Below are positions 19,176 to 28,428 of a DNA stretch of 64,000 nt, piece after piece. Positions within the stretch are counted from its first letter, which is position 1. Every line of letters begins with the position of its first letter. A program made the translations under genes and the position numbers. The notes under the pieces were generated by a model, which made no database searches, was not told the DNA's origin, and worked only from the letters and a program-made list of their open reading frames with translations. Origin of the DNA: Planctomycetota bacterium. Lineage in GTDB: Bacteria > Planctomycetota > Planctomycetia > Gemmatales > Gemmataceae. The DNA is taken from assembly GCA_016872595.1 (NCBI GenBank), contig VGZJ01000001.1, forward strand, positions 5,117 through 69,116. The letters run 5' to 3'.

Positions 19176-19330
19176 CGTCGCCTTCTGTAGCCGGGATCAT
19201 TGACCCCGGTGTTGATCCGCTCGTCTAGCTTATGCCTCACTGAGACCGGCTACAGAAGCACGGCCGTTGCGGAAATGTTGTAGCTGAACGGCGCGTCTGG
19301 CTCCGGCCTCAGTGAGGCCGGCTACAGAAG
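19176..19330. repeat. cluster of three REP-like units between convergent valS and truB
   Basis: CTTCTGTAGCCGG at 19182-19194; inverse CCGGCTACAGAAG at 19246-19258 and 19318-19330; internal CCGGCCTCAGTGAGGCCGG hairpin. Confidence 0.8.
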
Positions 19331-19334
19331 AAAC

Positions 19335-20204
19335 TCACTGGTGGAACATGACCCGGGTAACGAGCACGCCGCGCTCGACGATGCCGATCCCCACCAGTTC
19401 GCCCGACTCGCCGAGGAGTGCGAGTTCCACTCCTTCGGGCGGCTGACGCCCACTTGTCGTGACGATGGGGACGCGCTGACCTTGCCGCAAGCGCAGCGCT
19501 TCTTCGGCGCTCAGCGGCAGTTGCGGGAACCCGGCCAGTACGGTGAGCATCGGTTGTAGCTTCAACTCCGCGGGCGGTTCGTCCACGCCGACACCCTGCC
19601 CCGCCGCGAACGGCCCCACGCGCGTGCGCCGCAGCGTTTGCACCATGCCGCCGCAGCCGAGCGCCGCACCGAGGTCGCGCGCGATAGAGCGGATGTACGT
19701 GCCCTTCCCACAGTCCACTTCGACATCGAGATACGGCCACACGAAGCCGGTGACGCGAATCGCGTCGACGCGCACCGACCGCGCCGCCAGCGCGACTTCC
19801 TTTCCCTTGCGCACGAGGTCGTGCGCCCGCCGGCCGCCGACGCGCAGCGCGCTCACCGCGGGCGGTACCTGCTCGATCACGCCCACGAATCGTACCAGCG
19901 CCGCGTCGATCTGCTCGCGCGAAACGGGCGGCGCGTTCGTCTCGGTCACGTCGCCGTCGGCGTCGTCGCTCGTACTGGTTGCGCCGAGCCGGACGCGCGA
20001 CGTGTAGCTCTTGCCCATCGCCTGAACGTAGTCCGCGAGGCGCGTGGCGAGGCCGACGCACACGACGAGTACGCCCGTCGCCAGCGGGTCGAGCGTACCG
20101 GTGTGCCCGATCTTGGTCTTCCGCGGGAACCAGCGCTGCACGCGGTTCACCGCGTCGCGCGAGGTCATTCCGCCCGGCTTGTCGATTACGAGGATGCCGT
20201 TCAC
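19335..20204 (-). CDS. truB: tRNA pseudouridine(55) synthase
   Basis: DKPGGMTS, GHTGTLDPLATGVL, CGKGTYIRSIARDLG, LRRTRVGPF. Confidence 0.97.
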   Translation of the reverse strand: MNGILVIDKPGGMTSRDAVNRVQRWFPRKTKIGHTGTLDPLATGVLVVCVGLATRLADYVQAMGKSYTSRVRLGATSTSDDADGDVTETNAPPVSREQIDAALVRFVGVIEQVPPAVSALRVGGRRAHDLVRKGKEVALAARSVRVDAIRVTGFVWPYLDVEVDCGKGTYIRSIARDLGAALGCGGMVQTLRRTRVGPFAAGQGVGVDEPPAELKLQPMLTVLAGFPQLPLSAEEALRLRQGQRVPIVTTSGRQPPEGVELALLGESGELVGIGIVERGVLVTRVMFHQ

Positions 20205-20293
20205 GATTGGATACCGGCGGGCTCACGCCGCGCCGCTCGCTCTCTCCGTATCTTACCCCGCGAACGGACACCGCGACCGCGCACGAGGTTCCC

Positions 20294-21244
20294 ATGCCCG
20301 GTGGCACCTGTGTGATTTACAACCCGGCCGCGGGCCGCGGAAGGGCCGAGCGCCTGCTTCGGGCGCTGCCGCCGGCGCGCGCGCGCGACGTGGAACTGCG
20401 CCCGACCGCGCGGGCCGGGCACGCGGAGGAACTGGCGCGGGTGGCGAGCGAAGAGGGGTTCGCGAAGGTGGTCGCGGCCGGCGGCGACGGCACCGTTCAC
20501 GAGGTCGCCAACGGCGTGCTGCAAAGCGGGCGCGACCCGGTGTTCGGCGTCTGGCCGCTCGGCTCGGCCAACGACTTCGCCTTCACACTGGGCATGGGCG
20601 AATGGTGGAAGCGACACGAGCAGAACCCGCCGACAGATACGCTGTCGATTGACGTGGGCCGCGCGACCGCCGGCCCGCGCACGCGGTACTTCGTGTGCAA
20701 CCTCGGCGTCGGGTTTAACGGCATGGTGAACGGCGAGGCCCGCAAGACGCGCTGGCTCCGCGGCCTCCTGCTGTACGGTTGGGCGTTCGTCAAGTCGATG
20801 GTGAAGCACTTCAAGACCCCGACGATGACGGTGCGTTTCGATGGGCGCGCCGTGACGACGCCGACGCTCGCGCTGTCGGTGCTGAACGGTCAGCGCGAAG
20901 GGAACTTCCCGCTGCGACCCGACGCGCGCCTTACGGACGGCCGGTTCGACTACATGCACGCGACGCGGCTCACGCGCTGGCACCTGATGCGCTACCTGCC
21001 CGCGATGGTCCGCGGCACGCTGCCCACCAATCACAAGCTGCTGACGCTCGGACGCGCCGCACGCATCGAGGTGAAGTGCGAAGCGCCGCTGTGCGTCCAC
21101 GCCGACGGCGAGTTCGTGTGCGTGCCGGAAGACGACTTGCGCGAGTTGGTAGTCGAGGCGCTGCCCGCGCGGTTGCGCGTCGAGGTGTTCCCGCCCGCGC
21201 TGTACGGCGGGCGGGACGCGCGCGGTTCGCGCTACCCGACGTAA
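20294..21244 (+). CDS. diacylglycerol/lipid kinase family protein
   Basis: IYNPAAG, GGDGTVHEV, PLGSANDFA, HADGE. Confidence 0.92.
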   Translation: MPGGTCVIYNPAAGRGRAERLLRALPPARARDVELRPTARAGHAEELARVASEEGFAKVVAAGGDGTVHEVANGVLQSGRDPVFGVWPLGSANDFAFTLGMGEWWKRHEQNPPTDTLSIDVGRATAGPRTRYFVCNLGVGFNGMVNGEARKTRWLRGLLLYGWAFVKSMVKHFKTPTMTVRFDGRAVTTPTLALSVLNGQREGNFPLRPDARLTDGRFDYMHATRLTRWHLMRYLPAMVRGTLPTNHKLLTLGRAARIEVKCEAPLCVHADGEFVCVPEDDLRELVVEALPARLRVEVFPPALYGGRDARGSRYPT

Positions 21245-21573
21245 ACGCCCCACTTCTCGACGCGATTCGGGTCCGGCGGATCGACCTCGCCGGGCGGGTC
21301 GCCCGCGGACTCTTTGTCCGGTTGCGGCGGGTTGGCCTCGGACGGCGGGTCGCCGGCGCGGGGGTCGCGCACACCGGGCGGATCGGCGGTCGGCGGCGCG
21401 AACGGGTCGCCCACGCCCGTCGGGTCGCCGACGCCGATCGGGTCACCGACCTCGGACATGATGCGGACTTCTGCCTACTCGGACTCGACGGGTTCGACCG
21501 TCGGCCGCGCCGCCGACGGCACGACGCGGTGGCCCAGTTCTTCCAGCGCCAGCGCGAACTTGAACGACGACAC
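21232..21573 (-). pseudogene. Pro/Asp-rich exported-type protein interrupted by an in-frame TAG
   Basis: GAGGG RBS, GTG 21573, MSSFKFALALEELGHRVVPS (planctomycete LExLExRxVP-type leader)...ESE, TAG at 21475-21477, same frame continues AEVRIMSEVGDP... Confidence 0.65.
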
Positions 21574-21660
21574 GGCACCCTCGACTGATCGGGTCAGCGC
21601 GACCGCCCCAGCGCCGGCCGCACCGCCGACACGCGGGGCCGCACTATTCGTGACCGTGAT

Positions 21661-21694
21661 AACGAAAAACCCGCGCGAAGCCGCGCGGGTTCGT
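21661..21694 (-). terminator. intrinsic terminator after the ArsR gene
   Basis: AACCCGCGCG-N4-CGCGCGGGTT stem with T-run on the minus strand. Confidence 0.75.
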
Positions 21695-21711
21695 GTGCGC
21701 TCGCGGCGCGA

Positions 21712-22023
21712 TCAGTTATGCGGAATCTCGACACGGCACCAACCGAGGTCCACGAACGTGGCCTTGTTGGTATCGTGGTGGAAGACCTTGGGGTGCAGCG
21801 AGTACACGACGAACCGTCCGTCCTTGTCGAACTCGACGAGGCCGGCGTCGCGGAGCACGCTCAAGTGGTGCGACACGTTCACGATCTCGGTCTTCAGGGC
21901 GTGGGCGATCTCGGTCACGTTCATCGACTTCGCGCGCAGGCACTCGATAATGCGGATGCGGTTCGGCTCGGCGATGGCGCTCAGCATCTTGGCGCACCGC
22001 TTCGCCTGCTCTTCGTCGGTCAT
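21712..22023 (-). CDS. ArsR/SmtB family transcriptional regulator
   Basis: SAIAEPNRIRII, NVTEIA, NVSHHLSVLRDAGLV, DGRFVVYSL. Confidence 0.92.
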   Translation of the reverse strand: MTDEEQAKRCAKMLSAIAEPNRIRIIECLRAKSMNVTEIAHALKTEIVNVSHHLSVLRDAGLVEFDKDGRFVVYSLHPKVFHHDTNKATFVDLGWCRVEIPHN

Positions 22024-22118
22024 TGCGTCTGGCCCCGGTGGGTGCGGGCGCGTTCGGCCCGGTGAAGTTCTTTCGACCGTTCTCGTTGTACACTCGCGCG
22101 CGGCCAAAACAAGCCGCG

Positions 22119-22349
22119 CTAGCCGTTGCCCTTGCGCCCGCACCACGCGGCCCCGCACGGCGGCCCGTCGCCGCGGCAGTTGGTAGCAGGCGCGCCCTCG
22201 ACCACGCGCCCCGGCGCGGGCAGCCCGATCAGCCGGTCCAGTTCGGTGCCGGCGCACTTGGGGCACGCCACCGCGGTCGCGGCGCGCGCCGTCACGAGCG
22301 CCTCGAAGCTGTGCTCGCACGCCTTGCAGGTGTACTCGTAAAGTGGCAT
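22119..22349 (-). CDS. FmdB family zinc-ribbon protein
   Basis: MPLYEYTCKACEHSFE...CPKC. Confidence 0.9.
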   Translation of the reverse strand: MPLYEYTCKACEHSFEALVTARAATAVACPKCAGTELDRLIGLPAPGRVVEGAPATNCRGDGPPCGAAWCGRKGNG

Positions 22350-22361
22350 CGGTTCGCTCCG

Positions 22362-23321
22362 TTACTTGCGGCGCTTCTTGTACAGTTCGCTCGCCTTAAA
22401 CAGGATTTCCCGCTCCTCGGCGGTCAGGCTCTCTTGTCCGAGCTTCGACACCTTCTCAAGCACCGCGTCCACCTTCGCTTCGAGCTGTTCGTCGGCGGGC
22501 TTGGACGGGGCCGCGGGGGGCGGCGCGTGGACCGGCGCGCCCACCGGTTCCGGCTCGCGCTCCTCGCGCACCGGCGCGGGGATCACCCGCAACCGCGGGC
22601 GCGCCCGCGCGCGCTTCGACCGCACGAACACGGCGCTGAGGTTCAGTTCCAATTGGTAGTACACCAGCCCGAAGAGCGCACCGCCGAGGTGGGCGAAGTA
22701 CGCGGTACGCCCGCGCGGGGCGTTCGGGTTCACCAGTTCGCCGGTGGCCGAGAGCGCGTCGAACCCGACCCAGAGCGTCGCCAGCAACCACACCGGCATC
22801 GGGATCACGAAGAACAGGAGCACCTGTTGGCGCGGGTAGTGGAAGGCGTACACGATCAGCACGCCGAACACCGCGCCGCTGGCCCCGACCGCGCGCGCCG
22901 TGTCCGCGATCCCCGCGACCTGCGCGAGCATGTAGATGAGGCTCGACACCAGCCCGGAGGCGAGATAGAGCAGGACGAGTTCGCGACTCCCGTAGCGCTC
23001 CTCCAGTCGTGACGCGGTGAAGAACAGCACGAGCATGTTGCCGAACAGGTGCATGATGCCGGAGTGTAGCAGGAGCGGCGTTAGCAGCCGCCACACTTCG
23101 CCTTCGAGTACCTTCGCTTGGTCGAACGCCCCGTATGTGACGAGCGGGCTGCGGAGGATCGGGTTATCCCCTTCGGCGCGAGCCGGTGGCCCCGCGGTGA
23201 GGGCTTGGCCGAAGAAGATGCCGACCGTGAGCGCGACGAGCCAGACGGTCGCCCCTTGCTGGCCCATGCGGTCCAGAAAGCTCGGCCCCTCGCGATAGTA
23301 GTCCCGGTCTTGGATGCCCAT
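22362..23321 (-). CDS. rhomboid family intramembrane serine protease
   Basis: WRLLT, HLFGNM, GASG, AHLGGA; C-terminal VDAVLEKVS..G.ESLT..E tail. Confidence 0.93.
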   Translation of the reverse strand: MGIQDRDYYREGPSFLDRMGQQGATVWLVALTVGIFFGQALTAGPPARAEGDNPILRSPLVTYGAFDQAKVLEGEVWRLLTPLLLHSGIMHLFGNMLVLFFTASRLEERYGSRELVLLYLASGLVSSLIYMLAQVAGIADTARAVGASGAVFGVLIVYAFHYPRQQVLLFFVIPMPVWLLATLWVGFDALSATGELVNPNAPRGRTAYFAHLGGALFGLVYYQLELNLSAVFVRSKRARARPRLRVIPAPVREEREPEPVGAPVHAPPPAAPSKPADEQLEAKVDAVLEKVSKLGQESLTAEEREILFKASELYKKRRK

Positions 23322-23413
23322 GCCTGCCCCCGGTGGCGCGCCCACGCACCTAACTTACCAGACGGCGAGCCGAACGGGAACGAACGGCCGCGCTACCAGC
23401 GCGTTCTGGCCTC

Positions 23414-23442
23414 TTGACAAGCCGTCGCGCGGCCCTTACAAA
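23414..23442 (+). promoter_or_regulatory. sigma70 promoter of tRNA-Glu
   Basis: TTGACA-N17-TACAAA ending 13 nt before the tRNA. Confidence 0.7.
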
Positions 23443-23455
23443 TCCATCTGAACGC

Positions 23456-23528
23456 GGCCCTATCGTCTAGTGGCCTAGGACGTGGCCCTCTCAAGGCCAA
23501 AACTCGGGTTCAAATCCCGATAGGGTCA
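23456..23528 (+). tRNA. tRNA-Glu(CTC)
   Basis: Acceptor GGCCCTA/TAGGGTC; anticodon arm TGGCC-CTCTCAA-GGCCA; T-arm TCGGGTTCAAATCCCGA; CCA not encoded. Confidence 0.96.
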
Positions 23529-24801
23529 TCTGAACGTCCGAACAGGACGCGACCGGAGCGGACAGGAACGGCCCGAAGGCTTGATAATCAAGCACTTCGG
23601 CCGGGGTTGTCCGCTCCGGTTCGTTTTGGTCCGTTCCCGTCCGCGCCGCATTTCGCGCCGCTTCGTGCGCCGGATTCTGCGCCGCTTTTTGGAAGTGGTC
23701 TTCCGTCACTTGTAAATAGTGTTCGCGAGCTACGGCCAGACTGTTCCCCAACCACTCACAAACGACGTGCGCGGGGAAACTGTTCGCGAGGTCTGTCTGA
23801 CACGACGCACGCAATCCGTGGAACAGGCGCGGCCACGGCTTTACCCCAGCCCGTTTGAGAATCCGCAGCAGCGGGTTCCGCCAGTTCGTCGTCAGCCCGT
23901 TCCCCATTCCCGAATCGGAGCGGTTGAAGTTGATAACGTGTACCTGCCCCGGTTCGGCCGCCTCGAACGCATCGCGCAGGTACGGGTACAGTTCGGGGAA
24001 GATCGGAACGACGCGCTGGGCCTTTCCGACGTGTTCGGTTTTCGGTGAGCGAACAACGAACCGGTTCTTATCCCAAAGAATGTCGCCCCACGTCAGCCCC
24101 AAGTGTTCGCTCGGACAGCGAAGACCCGCGTACCGGGACAGGGCGACGATCAGCCGCCACTCCGCCGACGGGCACGCGTCCAACACAGAGCGAATGGTTG
24201 CGACCGGAACGTACTCCTGCCGTTCGGGGTTCCCGCCCGTCGCGGTCTTCACTCCGGCGAAGGGGTTGGCGGTAATGATCCGCTTGCGCACCGCGTAAGC
24301 AAAGAACTGTTTCGCGCGGCCGGTCAACCGGCGCGCGGTGTTGAGCGCGAGTTCGTTCGCGAGCAGCTTGCGGTAGAAACCGTCCGCGTCGGCTTCGTTC
24401 ACGTCGGGGACGGTCTTCGCTTCCCCGAAGTACGCGACGAGCGCTTTCCCGGCTTGGTCGAGATTGATCGCGGTTCCGCGTTTCACGTCGGTGCGCGCCG
24501 TCTTGTATTCCGCGACCAACCCCGCGACCGTGACCACCTTCACGGGTTCTCGCGGCGCGACCAGTTCAACCTTCACCAACTTGTCGCGGAGTTTCTCGCC
24601 GATCTCCGACAACCACAAGGCGGTGCGGGCCGGGATCGGTAGCGCGCCATTCTTCGCGGCGAGCAGTTCCTCGACGTGACGGGCGATGCTCTCCGCGCCC
24701 GCGAGGGAGATTACGCCGAGCCGGATAGTTTTCCGCTGGTCGTCGGCGTTGACGAACTGGATGCGCTTGCGACCGTTGGGGTCGGAAATGACGGAAGCCA
24801 T
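23491..24801 (-). CDS. tyrosine recombinase/integrase
   Basis: SAM-like domain; catalytic R (AGLRCPSE), K (RSPKT), HxxR (FHGLR), WLGN, Y (REHY); the ORF ends inside the tRNA. Confidence 0.95.
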   Translation of the reverse strand: MASVISDPNGRKRIQFVNADDQRKTIRLGVISLAGAESIARHVEELLAAKNGALPIPARTALWLSEIGEKLRDKLVKVELVAPREPVKVVTVAGLVAEYKTARTDVKRGTAINLDQAGKALVAYFGEAKTVPDVNEADADGFYRKLLANELALNTARRLTGRAKQFFAYAVRKRIITANPFAGVKTATGGNPERQEYVPVATIRSVLDACPSAEWRLIVALSRYAGLRCPSEHLGLTWGDILWDKNRFVVRSPKTEHVGKAQRVVPIFPELYPYLRDAFEAAEPGQVHVINFNRSDSGMGNGLTTNWRNPLLRILKRAGVKPWPRLFHGLRASCQTDLANSFPAHVVCEWLGNSLAVAREHYLQVTEDHFQKAAQNPAHEAARNAARTGTDQNEPERTTPAEVLDYQAFGPFLSAPVASCSDVQMTLSGFEPEFWP

Positions 24802-25083
24802 GTTGCAACCTTTCTGAGAAGTGGCCGGGCCGATGGGGTGTCGCGCTTCTCAGTTCGCGTCAGCCCCACCGGTGAACCGGCCAAAGGCGGTTGAAGTATA
24901 CCCGGCGCTCGCGCCGCGCGCGAGGCCGGTTGTTCAGGTTCTTCCGAATCGCACCGACCGAACGGCACCTTAACCGGAACGCACACGCGGTCGGACAGAG
25001 TAGCGGGCGCGTGAAACTAACTCTGTCTCGATGCCTGACTGCTCCCGGTGCGGGCGCTGTTCTTCGGCACGGTTCGGAAGAAC

Positions 25084-25440
25084 CTACGACGACGGCGGGG
25101 CGAACAGGCTCGGCAGGTCGAGCGGCGCTGCCGGGTGGATACGGTCCCAACGGGCATCGCCCTCGACACAAAGCAGCGTGTTCCCCGCCGGAATTCGTGC
25201 AGCATATTGCAGTTCGACAACTCGCCCCGTGTCGCCGTCGCACCCGTACCAGCGCCGGCCAGTCAGCAGGGCGCGAATCCCGGTGTGGAGAACGCGCAGC
25301 GCGGGAACGAGGTCCGCGGCGGGGTCGCGGTCGAACACCAGCGCCCCGTCCTCGACGGTCGGCCCGCACTCCCCGACGAGCGCGAGCAGTTCCGCCGCGG
25401 TGGTCGGTGCGCGCGTTCGCACTTCGTCACCGGTGCTCAT
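25084..25440 (-). CDS. hypothetical protein coupled to the primase gene
   Basis: ATGA overlap with the primase stop codon. Confidence 0.7.
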   Translation of the reverse strand: MSTGDEVRTRAPTTAAELLALVGECGPTVEDGALVFDRDPAADLVPALRVLHTGIRALLTGRRWYGCDGDTGRVVELQYAARIPAGNTLLCVEGDARWDRIHPAAPLDLPSLFAPPSS

Positions 25441-28097
25441 CGGTCCCCCGTATCGCGGAATTCGTGCGGCCGGTCGTCGTTACTGAACCGTGTTCGCGCC
25501 TTCTCGTTCGGGGTGATCCCATCACCAGCATCACCAGCATCACCGGACGGAACCGTTCCCCCGCCCGGTGATGCCGGTGATGCTGGTGATGCTGGTGATG
25601 GTTGCGGCTGGTCAGCGGGAACCGCGGAGCGGACGTACCAGCGCACCGAGTTATCCGCGCTGACGGTTTGTTTCCGGTCAATCATGCGACCGTTAAAGTT
25701 GCGCCGGGCGAAGTGCCGGAACCTGTATCCGAGTGCGCGGCTGTCAACCTTCCCGCACAACTCCTCGACGGCGGCGCGCAAATCGGGCAACCACGCGGGG
25801 GGAGGGTCGGCCGGTTTGCGAATGGCGTCGATGATCTCGCCCGTCGTCACCCCGCGGCACTCGGAGTCCATCCGTTCGAGCGTGTCGAGCAGCGCGGACA
25901 TGGCGAGCGCTTCGCAATCCGCCGCGGACTGGAGCGCCAGTCGCGTTTCGCCGGGGTCGGGCAGGCCCGCGAACACGAGCACTTCGCGCACGACAGCGGA
26001 CCACCCCTCGAACGACCCCCACGGCGTCAGCCCGTGCGTTGGCTTCCCGGCAACCACCCAACCGCGAAGGATCGTGAGCGCCGCGGAGAGCAGCGCGCCG
26101 CGGTTGGCGCGGACGTGTGCCCGGAGGTCCGGGTACTTGAAACCGGTTTTCATCTCCGGCCGTTCGTCGGGCGATTCCATGCGGCAGTGGCACACGCGGC
26201 GGGAAGTGTCGCCGTGCAGTTGGACGTTGTTTCCGGTCGCGAACCAAGTGACGTGAAGGGGGCCGTCGTACACGCGGTTCCCACCCAAGAGCCGATCCTT
26301 CCAACGGTCGGCGGTCAGCGCGGCGTCAAAAACGTCGTTCCCGACCGCGCCCGCGAGGTTGTCGAGAAGAACCATGCGGTCCCCCTCGACGGCCAGCGTC
26401 GTGATGCGCTTCCGCAGCTCGTCGCGGTCGGACGTGTACGACATGACCGGGAACCGGCGGCCGGTGACGGTCAGGGCGAGCACGTCCGCGAGCAGCCCCT
26501 TCCCCGCCGCGCGCACGTTCGCGTCCATCAGGAACAGCGGCGCGGGACCGGAGAAGGCGAACCAAGCGAGCGGGGTGAGCAGCCCCGCGAACCATGCCGA
26601 GCGGTGCGCCGGCGATTGGAACGGGAAGTCGGATACCACGTCCGACAGCACGTTTACCGCGGCAGCAACGTCGGCGCTCGTCGGTTTTTCGGGAACAGTT
26701 ATCTTCAGATCACCGGGGAGACAAACGAGCAGGCGCGAACCGCGGTCGTACCCGGACGCGGCGAGAATCTTCCCGTCGGGAAGCAACACGGGATGCGGAA
26801 CGACGGCTTCCAGACGGCGCACGGAAGACCAATCCTTCCGCGCCCCGACCGCGGCGACGCACCAATCCGGCGGGTGCGCGGAAACCAATTTCGCGTCCCC
26901 GCCCGAACCGCGCCACTGCATCCACGCAGCGCACCACGTCAAGCGCTCCCGCAACAGCGGGTTCGGCAGTTCGCGAATAACGGGCATGGCATCGGGACGC
27001 CTGATGAGCGCTGAGGAATCGTCCTCTGTCTGCGCTTCGGTGACGTGAACCAACATCCCGCCGCGCTGGTACAGGTCGGGATCGCGCGCGAGGGCGCGAA
27101 TCGCTTCCGCGTTAACGCGATACTCGTCGGTGCCAATCACGATTTGCGGTGCAACGTTCTTCGGATCGGCGAGCGGTTCGTCCGGCGGTTCGACCGTCAC
27201 GGCGTTCGCGGTCAGGAGGGCGCGCAGCTCGTCGCCGCGCTGGTTCCACGGCACCGCGGCGCGCGCCGGGTCGGTCAACCAGTCGCGCACGTCCTTCGCG
27301 GATTCGGGCGGCAGCGCCCAGCGCACCGGACGGCGGAGCGCCTTCGCTAACGCGGTCGCGACCGAAATCGCCCCCGTGCGCCCCGGCCACTCGCCGCTGT
27401 CTTTCCGGTCGTTCTCCCCGACGATGATGATTTCCCGGCCCGCGTCGAGGTCGCGGAACAGTTCGGCCAGCAGCGCCGCACCGCCGGAGTTCGACGGCCT
27501 ACCGACGGCAGCGAGGCCCGCCGCGGTGAGCGCCGCGGTATCGGTCGGCCCCTCGACCGGAAACACAGCGCCGGAGCGCTCGCGCCACCCGGTCGGCAGC
27601 GTAAGCCCCTGCTTGCCGATCCTCGCTTTGTTGGTCGGCTTGCCTCCTTTGATCGACACGCGCTTACCCCAGCGCCGGAGCAGCCCGACGACGTTCCCGG
27701 CCGCGTCGCACTCCGCGAACGTGTAGCAAGCGCCGTGCGATTCGTCCGGGTTGAAGCCGAGCAACGGAAGCGCGTCGAGGGCATCGGCCGAGAGCTTCAA
27801 CTCCGCGGCGAGCTTGTGCCGACGGTCGGCGTCGAGGTTCGCGGCGAACTTCGCGGCGCGCGCCCGCCAGTCGGTGCCCGCGCCGGACGGCTTCTTCTTC
27901 GCTGACGGGTTCGGCGCAGATCCGTCGAGCCGGTGAAGCCAACCGGCTTCGCCGCACTTCTTCGCGCTCTCGACGCGCTGGCAGATCGCGGCGGAACCGT
28001 CCGGCGCGACGAGACACCAATCGGGTTTCTTGCACACCGGGCAGGGGTTCGACGCGCTGACGGCGCGCATTCCCTTCCCGTTCGAGTCGGTTATCAT
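25437..28097 (-). CDS. primase-replicase (Zn finger + TOPRIM + C-terminal NTPase-like domain)
   Basis: CPVCKKPDWC..C Zn finger; TOPRIM VEGPTD, GENDRK, KDVRDW; P-loop-like ANVRAAGKGLL and LLDN. Confidence 0.85.
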   Translation of the reverse strand: MITDSNGKGMRAVSASNPCPVCKKPDWCLVAPDGSAAICQRVESAKKCGEAGWLHRLDGSAPNPSAKKKPSGAGTDWRARAAKFAANLDADRRHKLAAELKLSADALDALPLLGFNPDESHGACYTFAECDAAGNVVGLLRRWGKRVSIKGGKPTNKARIGKQGLTLPTGWRERSGAVFPVEGPTDTAALTAAGLAAVGRPSNSGGAALLAELFRDLDAGREIIIVGENDRKDSGEWPGRTGAISVATALAKALRRPVRWALPPESAKDVRDWLTDPARAAVPWNQRGDELRALLTANAVTVEPPDEPLADPKNVAPQIVIGTDEYRVNAEAIRALARDPDLYQRGGMLVHVTEAQTEDDSSALIRRPDAMPVIRELPNPLLRERLTWCAAWMQWRGSGGDAKLVSAHPPDWCVAAVGARKDWSSVRRLEAVVPHPVLLPDGKILAASGYDRGSRLLVCLPGDLKITVPEKPTSADVAAAVNVLSDVVSDFPFQSPAHRSAWFAGLLTPLAWFAFSGPAPLFLMDANVRAAGKGLLADVLALTVTGRRFPVMSYTSDRDELRKRITTLAVEGDRMVLLDNLAGAVGNDVFDAALTADRWKDRLLGGNRVYDGPLHVTWFATGNNVQLHGDTSRRVCHCRMESPDERPEMKTGFKYPDLRAHVRANRGALLSAALTILRGWVVAGKPTHGLTPWGSFEGWSAVVREVLVFAGLPDPGETRLALQSAADCEALAMSALLDTLERMDSECRGVTTGEIIDAIRKPADPPPAWLPDLRAAVEELCGKVDSRALGYRFRHFARRNFNGRMIDRKQTVSADNSVRWYVRSAVPADQPQPSPASPASPASPGGGTVPSGDAGDAGDGITPNEKARTRFSNDDRPHEFRDTGDR
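25520..25600. repeat. inverted arrays of 9-bp iterons (putative origin)
   Basis: CATCACC(A/G)G x3 at 25520-25546 facing C(C/T)GGTGATG x4 at 25565-25600. Confidence 0.8.
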
Positions 28098-28173
28098 GGT
28101 TATGTGTTGTGTTCGAGTGACAGCCCATTGTCACCGCGTCGGGTCGGCCTGCCGGGGCCGACCCGTCCGCGTT

Positions 28174-28428
28174 TCAGTGGGCGGAGGGTTCGGAACCGGT
28201 TTCGACCACAGCTTTGCCTTCGGCCCGCGCGAGCAGCCACGCGGAGAGTTTGGCGCGGTGGTACAGCACGCGCCGACCGATCTTCACGCGGCCGACGGGT
28301 TCGCCGGCGTCGGCCAACCGGCCGAGCGTCTTCGCGGAGAGATTGGTCAGCCGCGCGGCTTCGTTTTGGTCAACAGTGAGGGTGTCGAGGGCCGCGGGCG
28401 GCGCGACGGGGAGCAGGTCAGCGCGCAT
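28174..28428 (-). CDS. excisionase/AlpA-like HTH protein
   Basis: LTVDQNEAARLTNLSAKTLGRL...RVKIGRRVLY...LSAWL. Confidence 0.85.
   Translation of the reverse strand: MRADLLPVAPPAALDTLTVDQNEAARLTNLSAKTLGRLADAGEPVGRVKIGRRVLYHRAKLSAWLLARAEGKAVVETGSEPSAH

Noticed and set aside
19436..19460. Possible repeat remnant inside truB (SGRQPPE), resembling the intergenic motif at about 20212-20240
   Set aside because: Similarity is too short and degenerate to support from this window
2856..21477. Genetic-code reassignment suggested by in-frame stops at 2856, 11612 and 21475
   Set aside because: Both TGA and TAG act as normal stops in many conserved genes here, and no housekeeping gene has an internal stop
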